DNA of 63,750 bases, counting the filler, from Octopus bimaculoides (taxonomy: Eukaryota): NCBI RefSeq assembly GCF_001194135.2. It is 7 parts of 7 records of this genome, joined end to end, with 100 filler letters (N's around TTAATTAATTAA, not from the genome) between each part and the next. Parts side by side here need not be neighbours in the genome. Positions count along the whole stretch, not along the records: positions 1 to 10,359 come from NC_068997.1; positions 10,460 to 30,916 come from NC_069008.1; 5 more parts are not named here. One strand, given 5' to 3'. Of the stretch, positions 1 to 14,455 are shown one piece after another (position 1 is the first letter of the stretch; the number at the start of each line of letters is the position of its first letter). The position numbers and the translations under genes were made by a program. Below the pieces are notes generated by a model. It ran no database searches, was not told where the DNA came from, and saw nothing but the letters and a program-made list of their open reading frames with translations.

Positions 1-32
<32 letters not shown>

Positions 33-199
33 TGTTCCTCCATCATCGCTTAACGACCGGTGTTAGTGTGTTTACGTCCCCGTAACTTAGTGGTTCAGTA
101 AAAGAGACCGATAGAATGAGTACTAGGCTTAAGTCCTGAGATAGATTTGTTCGACTGGCCGAAGTCAAATGACTGAAACAAGCAAAAGAGTAAAAGAGT
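33..199 (+). mobile_element. SINE family A, 3' half
   Basis: gtgtttacgtccccgtaacttagtggttc..gtcaaatgactgaaacaagcaaaagagtaaaagag; same body recurs at 35100, 44880, 47760, 51230, 62740. Confidence 0.8.
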
Positions 200-935
200 A
201 ATACACTAATATTGACCAAAGCAATATGTCCAAGCGTAGTATAGATAAACATACGAAATCAACCTTAGCAAATATAGGTGAACAACCAACTCAACCTTGG
301 CTTCGAGTAGATTCAAAGATAAATTTAGAAAAAATCAGCAAATATAAAACACACCTCTATGCCACGTCACAATAAAACAAACAAACAAAAACAACAAACC
401 AAAAACAAAATGAAGAAGCAATTAAATAACAATTAGTAAACGTGAAACGCAAACCGATTAACAAGCGCAAGCATGAGACCAATCCATGCAAACCAATATA
501 AATGTACTACCAAAACCGCGTTGTAATAGTTCTCGCTGGAAGATTACACTTGCGTGAAACTTGAATCTCGTGATATACATTCAGTTTCAATAAACCGTTT
601 ACTCTACAACATGAATTGATTACTCGTACGTACGATATACATACACATACCGATATATATANNNNNNNNNNNNNNNNNNNNNNNNNNNNNNNNNNNNNNN
701 NNNNNNNNNNNNNNNNNNNNNNNNNNNNNNNNNNNNNNNNNNNNNNNNNNNNNNNNNNNNNNNNNNNNNNNNNNNNNNNNNNNNNNNNNNNNNNNNNNNN
801 NNNNNNNNNNNNNNNNNNNNNNNNNNNNNNNNNNNNNNNNNNNNNNNNNNNNNNNNNNNNNNNNNNNNNNNNNNNNNNNNNNNNNNNNNNNNNNNNNNNN
901 NNNNNNNNNNNNNNNNNNNNNNNNNNNNNNNNNNN

Positions 936-978
<43 letters not shown>

Positions 979-1345
979 CATACATATATGTGTGTGTGTA
1001 TATGTGAGTGTTAGTGATTATATGTCGGGTTATATATAAATACATATATACATATATATGTATGTGTGAGTGTGTGTGTGTTACTGATTGTATGTCAGGT
1101 TATATATAAATACAAATTAACATTAAACTTATGGCTTATTCAATACTTTGTAGTACAGTACATGCTTATTAAACTTTCACAAGGAAATGACTGACGATGG
1201 CTTCGAAGTTTCAACTTGCTCGCCTTCGTCGGACTGCCTGATGCAGCTTATACACACACGCGCGCTCGCACACACATGTATGTACGCACACACATGTATG
1301 CACACACACACATACATATATATACATACACAGATAGATAGAGAG

Positions 1346-1387
<42 letters not shown>

Positions 1388-1392
1388 GAGGA

Positions 1393-1428
<36 letters not shown>

Positions 1429-2078
1429 TAGAAAGACAGACAGAGAGGCGAGAGAGAGGAAAAGAGTGACAGACAGACAGATTGACAGACACAGCACACA
1501 GAATTAATATAAGAATACGATAAAATAGCCGAAATACAAAATAAACAACAACAACAACAATAATAATAATAATATCGACATATTCTGTAAGAGTACACAA
1601 TTTAAAGACATCGTCTCTTCCTATCCTTCTTCGTTGTTTATTTATGATTCATTCTTCAAAATAAAAATAATTTCAAAGAATCATTCACGTTGTCAGACAA
1701 TCTACCGCTGTTCTCAGTATTTTCCATGAAAGCTGCATAAGACGTCATATATTCTAATGACGTGGACAGAAGTGTTATTTGAGGTTCAAATGTGCGTGTA
1801 CCTGTATGTGTGTATTGTGAGTGTGTGTGTTTATTTGTGTTTTCTGTGTGTATGTGTGTGTATGTGTGTGTGTGTGTGTGTAAGTGTGTGTAAGCGCGCG
1901 CGTGCGTTTACACGTTCTCATTCGGAAATATCAGTTACATAGACAATTGATTATGTATAGCGAGTTATTTCATATAAAACTGCACTGTATGACTTTATTA
2001 ACTCTCTCTTTCTTTCTTTCTTTCTTTTTCTCTCTCTCACACACACCTACATGTATACGCACCCATATGGGTGTATAG

Positions 2079-2230
2079 ACGCAGGTGTGGGTGTGTGGTT
2101 GAGAAGATGCCTCCTGACCATTTGGTTTTGTTCCAGTTCGTGACACCTTGGGCAAGTGTCTTCTACTATAGCCTCGGGCTGACCAAAACCTTGTGAGAGG
2201 ATTTGGCAGACGGAAACTGAAAGAAGCCCG

Positions 2231-2233
<3 letters not shown>
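2079..2233 (+). mobile_element. SINE family A, 5' (tRNA-like head) half
   Basis: caccttgggcaagtgtcttctactatagcctcggg..gacggaaactgaaagaagcccgtc, shared with other copies in the window. Confidence 0.8.
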
Positions 2234-2264
<31 letters not shown>

Positions 2265-2344
2265 CGTCGGTGTAGATGTGACTCTTCAAGTGATTACAAG
2301 ATGTTTTTCGTAAAAATAACGCGCGCGCGTGCGTGAGTGTGTGA

Positions 2345-2491
2345 CAGACTTTCCGCCTACCAAATTCGCTCACAAGGCATTGGTCGGCACACAGCTATTG
2401 TAGAAGACTAGAAGACACATGCCTAAAGTGCTGCGTAGTGCGACTGAACCAGAAATCACGTGGTTGCAAAGCAAGCTTCATAACCACACGA
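2345..2491 (-). mobile_element. SINE family A, 5' half, diverged, inverted relative to 2079-2233
   Basis: Reverse complement of the family A head (ctaccaaattcgctcacaaggc..gcaagcttcataaccacac). Confidence 0.7.
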
Positions 2492-2814
2492 CAAAGGATG
2501 ATAATTTGAATAAAAAAGAAATTCAGGTGGAATTTTTTTCCAATGGAATATTTGTTCTATAGTGAGTTACAAATACTCCCACAATGCACGTTAGAAATGC
2601 ATGGAAAATGTAGCCACTCAGTGGGAAACTTTTAACCAACGGCGCCAGAGTTCACAACTCTTTACTGCGCATGCTCATTCTCTGACCAGGCTTATAATCT
2701 TCCTATACTTGTTGTTTAGCTCACCTCAGTATCTCTGTTCACTCACCTGTAATTAACTGGTTGCTACAAGAACCTTTTATTCCGAGAAAGCATAGGTATA
2801 TTATTTATCACATT

Positions 2815-2856
<42 letters not shown>

Positions 2857-2910
2857 NNNNNNNNNNNNNNNNNNNNNNNNNNNNNNNNNNNNNNNNNNNN
2901 NNNNNNNNNN

Positions 2911-2958
<48 letters not shown>

Positions 2959-3136
2959 CGTGTGTGCGTATCTATATGTATGTACTTTATGTGTATAGAC
3001 ATGTGAATACATATATATGTATACATATGTACATATGAGAGTTGTGCATATGTATATACATATACATGCATACATACATAATACGTACATACATAATACG
3101 TACATACATAATACGTACATACATAATACTTAATAC

Positions 3137-3175
<39 letters not shown>

Positions 3176-3499
3176 AAGGTGAATAAGAGAAAATGGATTG
3201 AACGACATTCCTTATTTCATATCACTATAATGTATATATTGTTTGTGTGTGTGTATAGATCCATATAAATATGATATGGATACACACACACACATACATT
3301 ACTTATCAGGGTATTTCTTCTGCTACACTTGATATATTTGCTCGTATCTAACATTGTTAGAACTGTTTTCTTCTTTATGATATAAACACCCATAACTGTA
3401 TATGGACACATAAACACTCACAGGCACACGCACACGCGTATACTTATATATTCCTATATATATATGTCTATAAAAATAATAATAGAAATGATAATAATC

Positions 3500-3532
<33 letters not shown>

Positions 3533-5050
3533 GTGATGATGATGATGATGATGACGATGATGATGAATATTATAATAATAATGATAATAACAACAGCAAT
3601 AATAAGAAGAAGAAAAAAGAAGAAGAAAAAAAAGAAAGGAACAGAAAAAACAAGATATATCTACATAATCTTATGCGTTCGTACTTATATCAATCCACCA
3701 TCCGTTCATGCATATGTATACATGCATACACACATGCATACATGCGTGCATGTATGCAAACTTACATTCATATATATGAACATACATACGTACTCACATA
3801 CATACAAATGTGCATATGTTCATACGTACATACATGTATGTACGTACATGCATACCTACCTACCTACCTACCTACCTACCTACCTACCTACCTACCTACC
3901 TACCTACATACATACATACATGCATACANNNNNNNNNNNNNNNNNNNNNNNNNNNNNNNNNNNNNNNNNNNNNNNNNNNNNNNNNNNNNNNNNNNNNNNN
4001 NNNNNNNNNNNNNNNNNNNNNNNNNNNNNNNNNNNNNNNNNNNNNNNNNNNNNNNNNNNNNNNNNNNNNNNNNNNNNNNNNNNNNNNNNNNNNNNNNNNN
4101 NNNNNNNNNNNNNNNNNNNNNNNNNNNNNNNNNNNNNNNNNNNNNNNNNNNNNNNNNNNNNNNNNNNNNNNNNNNNNNNNNNNNNNNNNNNNNNNNNNNN
4201 NNNNNNNNNNNNNNNNNNNNNNNNNNNNNNNNNNNNNNNNNNNNNNNNNNNNNNNNNNNNNNNNNNNNNNNNNNNNNNNNNNNNNNNNNNNNNNNNNNNN
4301 NNNNNNNNNNNNNNNNNNNNNNNNNNNNNNNNNNNNNNNNNNNNNNNNNNNNNNNNNNNNNNNNNNNNNNNNNNNNNNNNNNNNNNNNNNNNNNNNNNNN
4401 NNNNNNNNNNNNNNNNNNNNNNNNNNNNNNNNNNNNNNNNNNNNNNNNNNNNNNNNNNNNNNNNNNNNNNNNNNNNNNNNNNNNNNNNNNNNNNNNNNNN
4501 NNNNNNNNNNNNNNNNNNNNNNNNNNNNNNNNNNNNNNNNNNNNNNNNNNNNNNNNNNNNNNNNNNNNNNNNNNNNNNNNNNNNNNNNNNNNNNNNNNNN
4601 NNNNNNNNNNNNNNNNNNNNNNNNNNNNNNNNNNNNNNNNNNNNNNNNNNNNNNNNNNNNNNNNNNNNNNNNNNNNNNNNNNNNNNNNNNNNNNNNNNNN
4701 NNNNNNNNNNNNNNNNNNNNNNNNNNNNNNNNNNNNNNNNNNNNNNNNNNNNCTCTCTCTCTCTCTCTCTCTCTCTCAGTCATTCTCTTTAGCTCCCTCT
4801 CTTTCCTAAGTACTCTGCTTTTCTTTATTATCTATTCCTCTTATAATCTGTATTATTGCATCACTTTTCTAACAACCTCTTTTGATCCCTGGCTATTTGC
4901 TTTTCATTTTTCACCACCTCGCTCTGTTTCTCTCACTATCCATTTCTATCACTTCCTCTCTTCATCTTTTTTTTTCCCGATGATATATCTTTCCCTCTTC
5001 ATCTCGATTTCCCAATTACACTAGCATTTTTTTCACATGATTGTTTCCCG

Positions 5051-5129
<79 letters not shown>

Positions 5130-5143
5130 AATCTATCTATCTA

Positions 5144-5359
5144 CAGTGGGGTGAAATAAATATTCGTACATGTCAAAATTCTTTATTTATTTAATTTCTA
5201 ATGAACATAAATGGAATATACCCATACTATATTTGCATATACATGCGTAAACTAAGAATATGCAAAAGAAACTAATAAATTATAGTAACTAATGAATTTA
5301 TATACAAATATAAATATTTAGGGGTGGAAAAAGTATTCGTACAGAACAAGGGGGAGAAA
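5144..5359 (+). mobile_element. Tc1-like transposon end with IR/DR architecture
   Basis: TA|cagtggggtgaaataaatattcgtaca (5144-5170) and inner direct repeat ggggtggaaaaagtattcgtaca (5321-5343); rest lost in N gap. Confidence 0.6.
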
Positions 5360-5845
5360 NNNNNNNNNNNNNNNNNNNNNNNNNNNNNNNNNNNNNNNNN
5401 NNNNNNNNNNNNNNNNNNNNNNNNNNNNNNNNNNNNNNNNNNNNNNNNNNNNNNNNNNNNNNNNNNNNNNNNNNNNNNNNNNNNNNNNNNNNNNNNNNNN
5501 NNNNNNNNNNNNNNNNNNNNNNNNNNNNNNNNNNNNNNNNNNNNNNNNNNNNNNNNNNNNNNNNNNNNNNNNNNNNNNNNNNNNNNNNNNNNNNNNNNNN
5601 NNNNNNNNNNNNNNNNNNNNNNNNNNNNNNNNNNNNNNNNNNNNNNNNNNNNNNNNNNNNNNNNNNNNNNNNNNNNNNNNNNNNNNNNNNNNNNNNNNNN
5701 NNNNNNNNNNNNNNNNNNNNNNNNNNNNNNNNNNNNNNNNNNNNNNNNNNNNNNNNNNNNNNNNNNNNNNNNNNNNNNNNNNNNNNNNNNNNNNNNNNNN
5801 NNNNNNNNNNNNNNNNNNNNNNNNNNNNNNNNNNNNNNNNNNNNN

Positions 5846-5884
<39 letters not shown>

Positions 5885-6321
5885 GTATATCGTATATACA
5901 TGCATACATACTAACGTATACATATACATGTATAGATATATATGTGTGTGTGCGTACGTATGCACATAATTATATGTGTGGTAGAAATTCCAGAAAGTCG
6001 GGCATTCCAGAAAGAATTGTAAAGCCCAGTATATAAGAAACCAACTCACAGTTTCTAAATTAGTTGGATAAGTGCCGTTCAAGCTGTCAGTACAGCTCTT
6101 ATGCCACTTTCGTAACTTTCTGCCGATTTGCATATATACTCTTATATACACATACATACATACATACATACAGACAGACAGACATTCATGCATGCAGAGA
6201 AACACATACTATGCGTACATATATGTATATATATATATCTATCTATATATATATATATATATGTACACAAACTCATAAACACAAACATACACATATGCAT
6301 CCAAAACACACATACACTCAT

Positions 6322-6382
<61 letters not shown>

Positions 6383-6470
6383 ACATATTCACATACTGAC
6401 ATACAGATATTAAAGTAGCTTCAGGCATATATATANNNNNNNNNNNNNNNNNNNNNNNNNNNNNNNNNNN

Positions 6471-6506
<36 letters not shown>

Positions 6507-6509
6507 GCA

Positions 6510-7440
6510 TAAACACAAAAATTCTTCCGATCAGCTGTTTCGCTTCTCTTTCCGGTCATTCGCTTCTCGCTCATTCTGCTCACCAAACCTACACGTCAGT
6601 AACACTAAATCATCATCATAATCAGTAGCAGCAGCAGCAGCCGCAGCAGCAGCAGCCGCAGCAGCAACACCAACAGCAGCGACAGCAGCAACACCGGCTG
6701 CAGCTGCGAGGACCACCGCAAATATCTCTAGGTCAATCATTATCCGCACCACAGTGAACCCCGATCACCCACCAATTTCCCTGCCACTGCCACTATCCCA
6801 CTGCCACCACCACTACCAACACTTGATCACTACCACCACCAGCAACAACACTGACGCCACCATTACCACACCATCCGCACAACATGCGCCTGAAGCCCTT
6901 TATGTTACACGATATGTGTACGGATTCCTCTTGCGCCACTAACGAACCATTTGCGGTACGAATTTCATTCATGCACTTTCTATTGCGTTTCTTTCACGTA
7001 GAACGCGATTAGGCAAAATTTTGCATGTAACTTTTCACATTTCTGCGCAGCTTCACTCAAAGCATATCCTTGGTGAACTCCTTTCTGTTCTTATCTCTAA
7101 GTAATTTGTGAAATCTAAGAATGACTCCTTCGTTATTCCCAGCCTTGCATCCGATTTAACATTTGGCACAGAGAAAACTGCTACTAGAGTGATGACCCCC
7201 ACCCCACCCCACACTAAAATTGTTTTGTCCACCGTCCGCTAACGGTCTCGTCTCGAGCTCGTTTCGTTTTGTTGTGTTTAGGTCCGATTCCTGGCAGGTT
7301 TCTTGTGGGTGCCTCCAGAGTGGAAGCAATATTATCGATAATGGCTGAAATTGCGTTTGACCCCTCTGGGCGATAACTGATGAAGAATTGGTGACCTTCT
7401 GTGTTTTCTATTCGCCTGTGTATTTAGTATATTTTTGTTT
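6510..7440. promoter_or_regulatory. CpG-enriched unique segment with interrupted (CAG/GCA)n tract; probable 5' region/UTR of an unidentified gene
   Basis: CpG density clearly above flanks; (gca)n/(gcc) tract ~6625-6705 with in-frame stops upstream in both the poly-Q and poly-A frames. Confidence 0.3.
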
Positions 7441-7669
7441 GTTTATTTACTATGAGTTTCTAAAATTATTTTTATAGGTGTGTCATATTTTCCGTTTATT
7501 GTCTTTTTATTTAATCCTGAAAATATTATTTATATGACGCACGCACTCATTAAGTTTTTTTTACCCATTTGTAGAAATATTCTTGGTATATATGTATATA
7601 CATATATGGGTATGTCTGTGTGTACAAATACACACCCACACATACATATGTATCTGCTTATGTATATAA

Positions 7670-7700
<31 letters not shown>

Positions 7701-7771
7701 ACCATATATATATATATATATGTATATATGTGTGTGTGTGTGCATATGTGTGCGTGTGCATGTGTGTATGT

Positions 7772-7813
<42 letters not shown>

Positions 7814-7823
7814 NNNNNNNNNN

Positions 7824-7858
<35 letters not shown>

Positions 7859-8300
7859 AGTATGTATATATGAGACCGAAAATGTCATTTATGTCACATA
7901 TCTGTTGAAGTCATTATACATTCCATCAGCAAAAAATGTCAGGATATTACCTTCCTATCTGACATGGTGTAGGAAAGAGTAATCTTGGACAAATACCAAA
8001 GATATTTCTGATGTTGAATACATCCATATGGGCATAAACAAGGAATATTAGTCGGACTTTAGCATCGACCAAATTCAAGCACAATAGTTCTAAAATTGTT
8101 CTTTGAGTCACACAACAAAAGTCTTTGCTCTATTGAAGAGGTCATCAACCCAGTATGTGTGAGCATTTCGTTAAAAACCAGCGAGAGACTGTTCTGTCTA
8201 CATATCATAATTTAAAGTTTTTAACTATAATCATTGGGCCATTTTGCTAAATGTTTTATGTTCAAGAGCTAAGGTTTTCTAGCAAAGACAGCAGCTGCTA

Positions 8301-8405
<105 letters not shown>

Positions 8406-8435
8406 GTCTGTCTGTCTGTCTGTACATGTATATAT

Positions 8436-8467
<32 letters not shown>

Positions 8468-8772
8468 ANNNNNNNNNNNNNNNNNNNNNNNNNNNNNNNN
8501 NNNNNNNNNNNNNNNNNNNNNNNNNNNNNNNNNNNNNNNNNNNNNNNNNNNNNNNNNNNNNNNNNNNNNNNNNNNNNNNNNNNNNNNNNNNNNNNNNNNN
8601 NNNNNNNNNNNNNNNNNNNNNNNNNNNNNNNNNNNNNNNNNNNNNNNNNNNNNNNNNNNNNNNNNNNNNNNNNNNNNNNNNNNNNNNNNNNNNNNNNNNN
8701 NNNNNNNNNNNNNNNNNNNNNNNNNNNNNNNNNNNNNNNNNNNNNNNNNNNNNNNNNNNNNNNNNNNNNNNN

Positions 8773-8806
<34 letters not shown>

Positions 8807-8807
<1 letters not shown>

Positions 8808-9503
8808 GAGGATGGGCTGACAAGTTCATAGGCTGGCTATGAAGGAATGATGCTAGAGCTGTGAAATCTTACCTACATTAATTTCAATTCCATTCATTAA
8901 TAGCTACATTGTTTATTTCCAGATAAATTGAGATATGACTGCTCAAAGATTTTGAAAGTAACTAGTGGTGACGTTTCTTGAAGATGGACAAAATTTGGCA
9001 TCGTGGTGTTATCAAGTACCTGCAGGAAAGAGATTTAGCTGCCACGGACATTAATTCTGAAATGGTTGCTTATATTAGGGGTTGATGTTCCAGCTTTCTC
9101 AACAGAGCAAAGTTGGGCATTTGGTTTTAAGAGTGTAAGGGAGAGTCCTGAAGATGGCCCAAGGTTTTGACGTCCTGTAACGGCCACCACTGAGGAAAAC
9201 ATTGATCGTATTCACCACATGTTGATGGATGACAGGCGTTTGTCTACAAATCAAATAGCTTATGCTATTTAGCATATCCTGTGACAGAGTTGAGAATATT
9301 CAGCACAGTGAACTTCGCATGACGAAGGTTTCTGTTCGGTGGATGTCACGTGTTCTTACACCTGAGCAAAAGCGCACCTGGTTGACCAACTGACGGGAAA
9401 ATTTGACATTGTTTGAGGCAGATCTAGCTGGTTTCTTTAAACGTTTCGTAAGCCACGATGAGTGTTGGCCACATCATTTTGAGCCAGAGACAAAGAACGA
9501 TGC
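8807..9503 (+). mobile_element. Mariner transposon, degenerate 5' half of transposase
   Basis: TIR-like cgaggatgggctgacaagttc; ATG 8984 MDKIWHRGVIKYL..; RPVTATTEENIDRIHHMLMDDRRLS; KVSVRWMSRVLTPEQK (WVPxxL motif); FVSHDECWPHHFEPETK (first catalytic D); frameshifts and stops. Confidence 0.9.
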
Positions 9504-9699
9504 GTAACTCTGTATTTCTAGTTCAAATCTCAGTTCGGTCGATTTGATGGAAAGACAGAAGGAAAGAGAAGGCGAAAAAGGAGAGAGGAAGAGAAGAAGG
9601 GGACGAAGAAGAAGGGAGGAAGAAAAGAAGGACGAGAAGAATGTAGAGAAGAAGGAGGGTGAGAATAGTAAGAAGAAACAAAGAAGGGTGGAAAAAGAA

Positions 9700-9935
9700 G
9701 ACGAAGGAGGAGGAGGAGGAGGAGGAGGAGGAGGAGGAGGAGGAGGAGGAGGAGAAGGAGAAGAAGAAGAAGAAGAAGAAGAAGAAGAAGAAGAAGAAGA
9801 AGAAGAAGGGAAAGAAGAAGAAGAAGAAGAAGAAGGGAAAGAATAAGAAGAATAAGAAGAAGAAGGGAAAGAATAAGAAAGTGAAGAAGAAGAAGAAGAA
9901 GAANNNNNNNNNNAAGAAGAAGAAGAAGAAGAAGT
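9700..9935 (+). repeat. (GGA)n/(GAA)n polypurine microsatellite
   Basis: Direct reading; source of spurious poly-G/E/K ORFs. Confidence 0.95.
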
Positions 9936-10291
9936 ACCTAAACATGAAAGAGAAAATAGTTGGTGAAAGGAGAGAGGAGACAAAATAAAACGAGGTAGAA
10001 AAAGATGGAGGAACTTGTGAGGAGAAGGAGAAAAGATGTTCAATATAAGAGGAAAAAAGAGGAAAAAACGGTAGACGAGAGAAAATTAAGCAAGAACGTG
10101 TGTAAGTTAAACATTATGATTAAGAGAGTGGTAGGGGTAGGGGAAGAGGGAGTGATGATGAGATAGAGAGAGTGGGCGGAGGGAGGAAGCAGGAACATAT
10201 ACCGCCAGTGTCAGTGGAATGGTTATGCCGGTGGTGGAGGAAATGGTGAGACAGACAGAGGAGAGAGGAAGAAGATAAGAGAGGAAGGAAG

Positions 10292-10359
<68 letters not shown>

Positions 10360-10979
10360 NNNNNNNNNNNNNNNNNNNNNNNNNNNNNNNNNNNNNNNNN
10401 NNNTTAATTAATTAANNNNNNNNNNNNNNNNNNNNNNNNNNNNNNNNNNNNNNNNNNNNAATGATAATAATAATAATAATAATATTAATAATAACAATAA
10501 TAATAATGATATACACAAAATATGAAAAATACAAGAAATTTCCATAAACCCAGCTAGATTTGAGGATGATGATGATGATGATTGTGGTGGGGGGGGGGGC
10601 AGGGCGATGACAATGGTCATGGCGGTGGTTGTGGTGATGTTGGCAGGTGGCAGTAGTGGTGGCGGTGGTTGCATTGATTGTGATTGCTGAGGCTGAGGGC
10701 GTTTGTGTTGATGACGATGACGATGACGATGATGATGATGATGACTGTGTATATGCTGATGGTGTTCATGATAGTAGTAATGATGGAGACAATCACACGC
10801 TTTTAGAGTCATGTACATATTATGTAGGTTTGGTAAAATAAACAAGATGCGTAGTACTCAATACATGAGTAGATATAAATACTTTATTCTCTTTCAATCT
10901 TACAAAGTCCCTCAAGCCCCAAGGGTTTTGTGCCCTTGTGCACTGAATGACACGAGGCCCTTGTGCACTTTCAAAATTC

Positions 10980-11686
10980 TGCTATAGGCCAGTAGGTTTA
11001 GGGAAGGGGCTAGTTTGATTACATCGACCCCATTACTCAACTGGTACTTAATTTATCGACCCTGAAAGGATGAAAGGCAAAGTCAACCTCAACAGAATTT
11101 GAACTCGGAACATAAAGACAGACAAAATACCTCTAAGCATTTCGCCCGGCGTGCTAACGATTCTGGCAACTCACTGCCTTAATAATAACAATAATAACAA
11201 TAATAACAATAATAATAATAATAATAATAATAATATCAATCACAATAATAGTTTCCAATTTTGCCACAAGGGCAGCAATTTTGTGGGGATTGAGACAATT
11301 ACATCAACCCCAGTATTTCACCAGCATTTAATTCATCGACCCCAAAAGGATGAAAGGCAAAGTTGACCTCAGTAGGGTTTGAACTCAGAACCTAGCGACA
11401 GGCAAAACACTGCTAAGCATTTTACCCAGCATGCTAACATTTCTGTTAATGTTTAATAATAATAATAATAATAACCCATTCTACTATAGGAACGAGGCCT
11501 GAAATTGTTAAAGTGGGGGCTAGTCAATTATATCAACCCCAGTGTTTCACTGGTACTTAATTTATTGACCACAAAAGGATGAAAAGAAAAAACGACCTCA
11601 ATGGAATTTGAACTCAGAACACGGTGACAGGTAAAATACTGTTAAGTATTCCATCTAGTACACTAACGACTCTGCCAGCTCACTGC

Positions 11687-11687
<1 letters not shown>
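10980..11687 (-). mobile_element. Three head-to-tail SINE family B copies separated by (TAA)n (~10980-11180, 11250-11445, 11475-11687)
   Basis: Each has ctggtacttaatttatcgacc..ggatgaaaggcaaagtcaacctc..gaatttgaactcagaac..ctaagcatttc..gctaacgattctgccagctc. Confidence 0.85.
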
Positions 11688-11773
<86 letters not shown>

Positions 11774-11794
11774 CGTGATCATGATGACTATCAC

Positions 11795-11974
11795 CATTGT
11801 CTAATGCCTGCCTTCCATGCTGGCATGGGTGGGACGGTTTGACCGGAACTGGCCAAGTAGAAGCCTGCACCAGACTTCTGCAACTGTTTTGGCAGGATTT
11901 TTACAGCTGGATGCCCTTCCTATAATGCCAACCACTCAGCAGAATGGGCAGAGTGCTTTTTACATGACACAAGC

Positions 11975-11975
<1 letters not shown>
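11795..11975. mobile_element. SINE family C copy
   Basis: ttccatgctggcatgggtgggacgg..cagctggatgcccttcctataatgccaaccactc; homologous to 31017-31327 and 32236-32426. Confidence 0.75.
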
Positions 11976-12057
<82 letters not shown>

Positions 12058-12388
12058 TAATAATAAAAATGAGAATAATAATAATGGTTTCACATTTTAG
12101 CACAAGGCCAATAGCTTGTAGGGAGGGACCGAGAACCCCTCATTTCTGGTGAGGCAGGGGAGCGAAGCTACTTTGTCACATGACTCTCGGGACATTACGG
12201 GTATTGTAAGTTTGTTGAACCATTGGGAGGCTGAAAGGCAAAAACCAAGTGATGATGATGGTGATGATGGTGATGGTGGTGATGGTGATGATGGTGATGG
12301 TTGTAGTGATGAGCATGATGATGACAGGAATAGCAATGACAATAGCGATGAAGATGATGATGATGATGAGGCTGTGATATCTAAGCGC

Positions 12389-12431
<43 letters not shown>

Positions 12432-12713
12432 TGTGTAGAAGGTAGATAGATAGTTAGATAGATCTACATATATACATACATATATATGTATACACACACA
12501 TAATATACACATATACATATATATATATACACATATATATATATGCATATACATACATATACACATATATCTGCATATACATAGATATATATACACATAT
12601 ACATACATATGCATAAATATACATACACATACATACACATACATGTACATATACATACATATTCATACATATATATATATATACATATATTCACACACAC
12701 ATATATATACACG

Positions 12714-12757
<44 letters not shown>

Positions 12758-14064
12758 NNNNNNNNNNNNNNNNNNNNNNNNNNNNNNNNNNNNNNNNNNN
12801 NNNNNNNNNNNNNNNNNNNNNNNNNNNNNNNNNNNNNNNNNNNNNNNNNNNNNNNNNNNNNNNNNNNNNNNNNNNNNNNNNNNNNNNNNNNNNNNNNNNN
12901 NNNNNNNNNNNNNNNNNNNNNNNNNNNNNNNNNNNNNNNNNNNNNNNNNNNNNNNNNNNNNNNNNNNNNNNNNNNNNNNNNNNNNNNNNNNNNNNNNNNN
13001 NNNNNNNNNNNNNNNNNNNNNNNNNNNNNNNNNNNNNNNNNNNNNNNNNNNNNNNNNNNNNNNNNNNNNNNNNNNNNNNNNNNNNNNNNNNNNNNNNNNN
13101 NNNNNNNNNNNNNNNNNNNNNNNNNNNNNNNNNNNNNNNNNNNNNNNNNNNNNNNNNNNNNNNNNNNNNNNNNNNNNNNNNNNNNNNNNNNNNNNNNNNN
13201 NNNNNNNNNNNNNNNNNNNNNNNNNNNNNNNNNNNNNNNNNNNNNNNNNNNNNNNNNNNNNNNNNNNNNNNNNNNNNNNNNNNNNNNNNNNNNNNNNNNN
13301 NNNNNNNNNNNNNNNNNNNNNNNNNNNNNNNNNNNNNNNNNNNNNNNNNNNNNNNNNNNNNNNNNNNNNNNNNNNNNNNNNNNNNNNNNNNNNNNNNNNN
13401 NNNNNNNNNNNNNNNNNNNNNNNNNNNNNNNNNNNNNNNNNNNNNNNNNNNNNNNNNNNNNNNNNNNNNNNNNNNNNNNNNNNNNNNNNNNNNNNNNNNN
13501 NNNNNNNNNNNNNNNNNNNNNNNNNNNNNNNNNNNNNNNNNNNNNNNNNNNNNNNNNNNNNNNNNNNNNNNNNNNNNNNNNNNNNNNNNNNNNNNNNNNN
13601 NNNNNNNNNNNNNNNNNNNNNNNNNNNNNNNNNNNNNNNNNNNNNNNNNNNNNNNNNNNNNNNNNNNNNNNNNNNNNNNNNNNNNNNNNNNNNNNNNNNN
13701 NNNNNNNNNNNNNNNNNNNNNNNNNNNNNNNNNNNNNNNNNNNNNGAGTGTTTACTTTTAGTGTTTTTTTTTTAATGATTTTGAAAGTGAGTCTGAGTTT
13801 GAGGGAGCACTCAGAGAATGTTTTAAAAACCAAGCCCCTTTAAATGATGAGGGAGGTTAGAATAAGACCTTAAAAAATAATTTTGAGATGATTCTTAGGG
13901 ACTGTTACACTTTAAAATACATCATAGAACTGACCCCTAATGAAGGTTTTTTTTTCTTTCTCTTGTGGACATAATGCAACAGGGTCGTTCTTAATGGGCG
14001 TTTGTGGAAAAAAAAAGAAAAGGAAAATAATTTTAACTCTCCTTGGGAAATTGTCCCTTTTCTG

Positions 14065-14455
14065 TTTAGCATTTAAACTGGCCATATCCAGCTCAAATAT
14101 TCTGCTGGCCATATTCAACCTCTCACAACCTCCCCTACAATGTCAATCTGAAAACAAACAATCATGTTCTTGAAAGTTTGAAGTTATGAGATAATGCATG
14201 ATTAATTCAAACCAATGTGAATAAACAAGTAATACATTTGACAGAGTGATCAGAATGCTGCAAGGTTATACAGGGTTATAAGACATACACAGATGCATTT
14301 AGCATTTGAACAGACCATATCCAACTCAAAGATTCAGCCAGATCCAATGTCTCACACCTACGCTACAATGTCATTCTCAAAATAGCATCATTGAAATCTG
14401 AAAGCTATGAGAAGTAAACATTATATTTGGTAGAGTAATCCGAATGCTGAAGGGG
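14065..14455. mobile_element. piggyBac-type (TTAA) MITE, two partial tandem copies
   Basis: tttagcatttaaactggcc..gaatgctgaagggg|ttaa; same body as 32725, 36948, 41890. Confidence 0.65.

Noticed and set aside
7368-7416. ggcga..CTGATGA-agaa..ttct..tcgcc hairpin as HHR, C/D snoRNA or SECIS
   Set aside because: No GAAA/NUH for an HHR, no D box, no 3' GA of the SECIS quartet.
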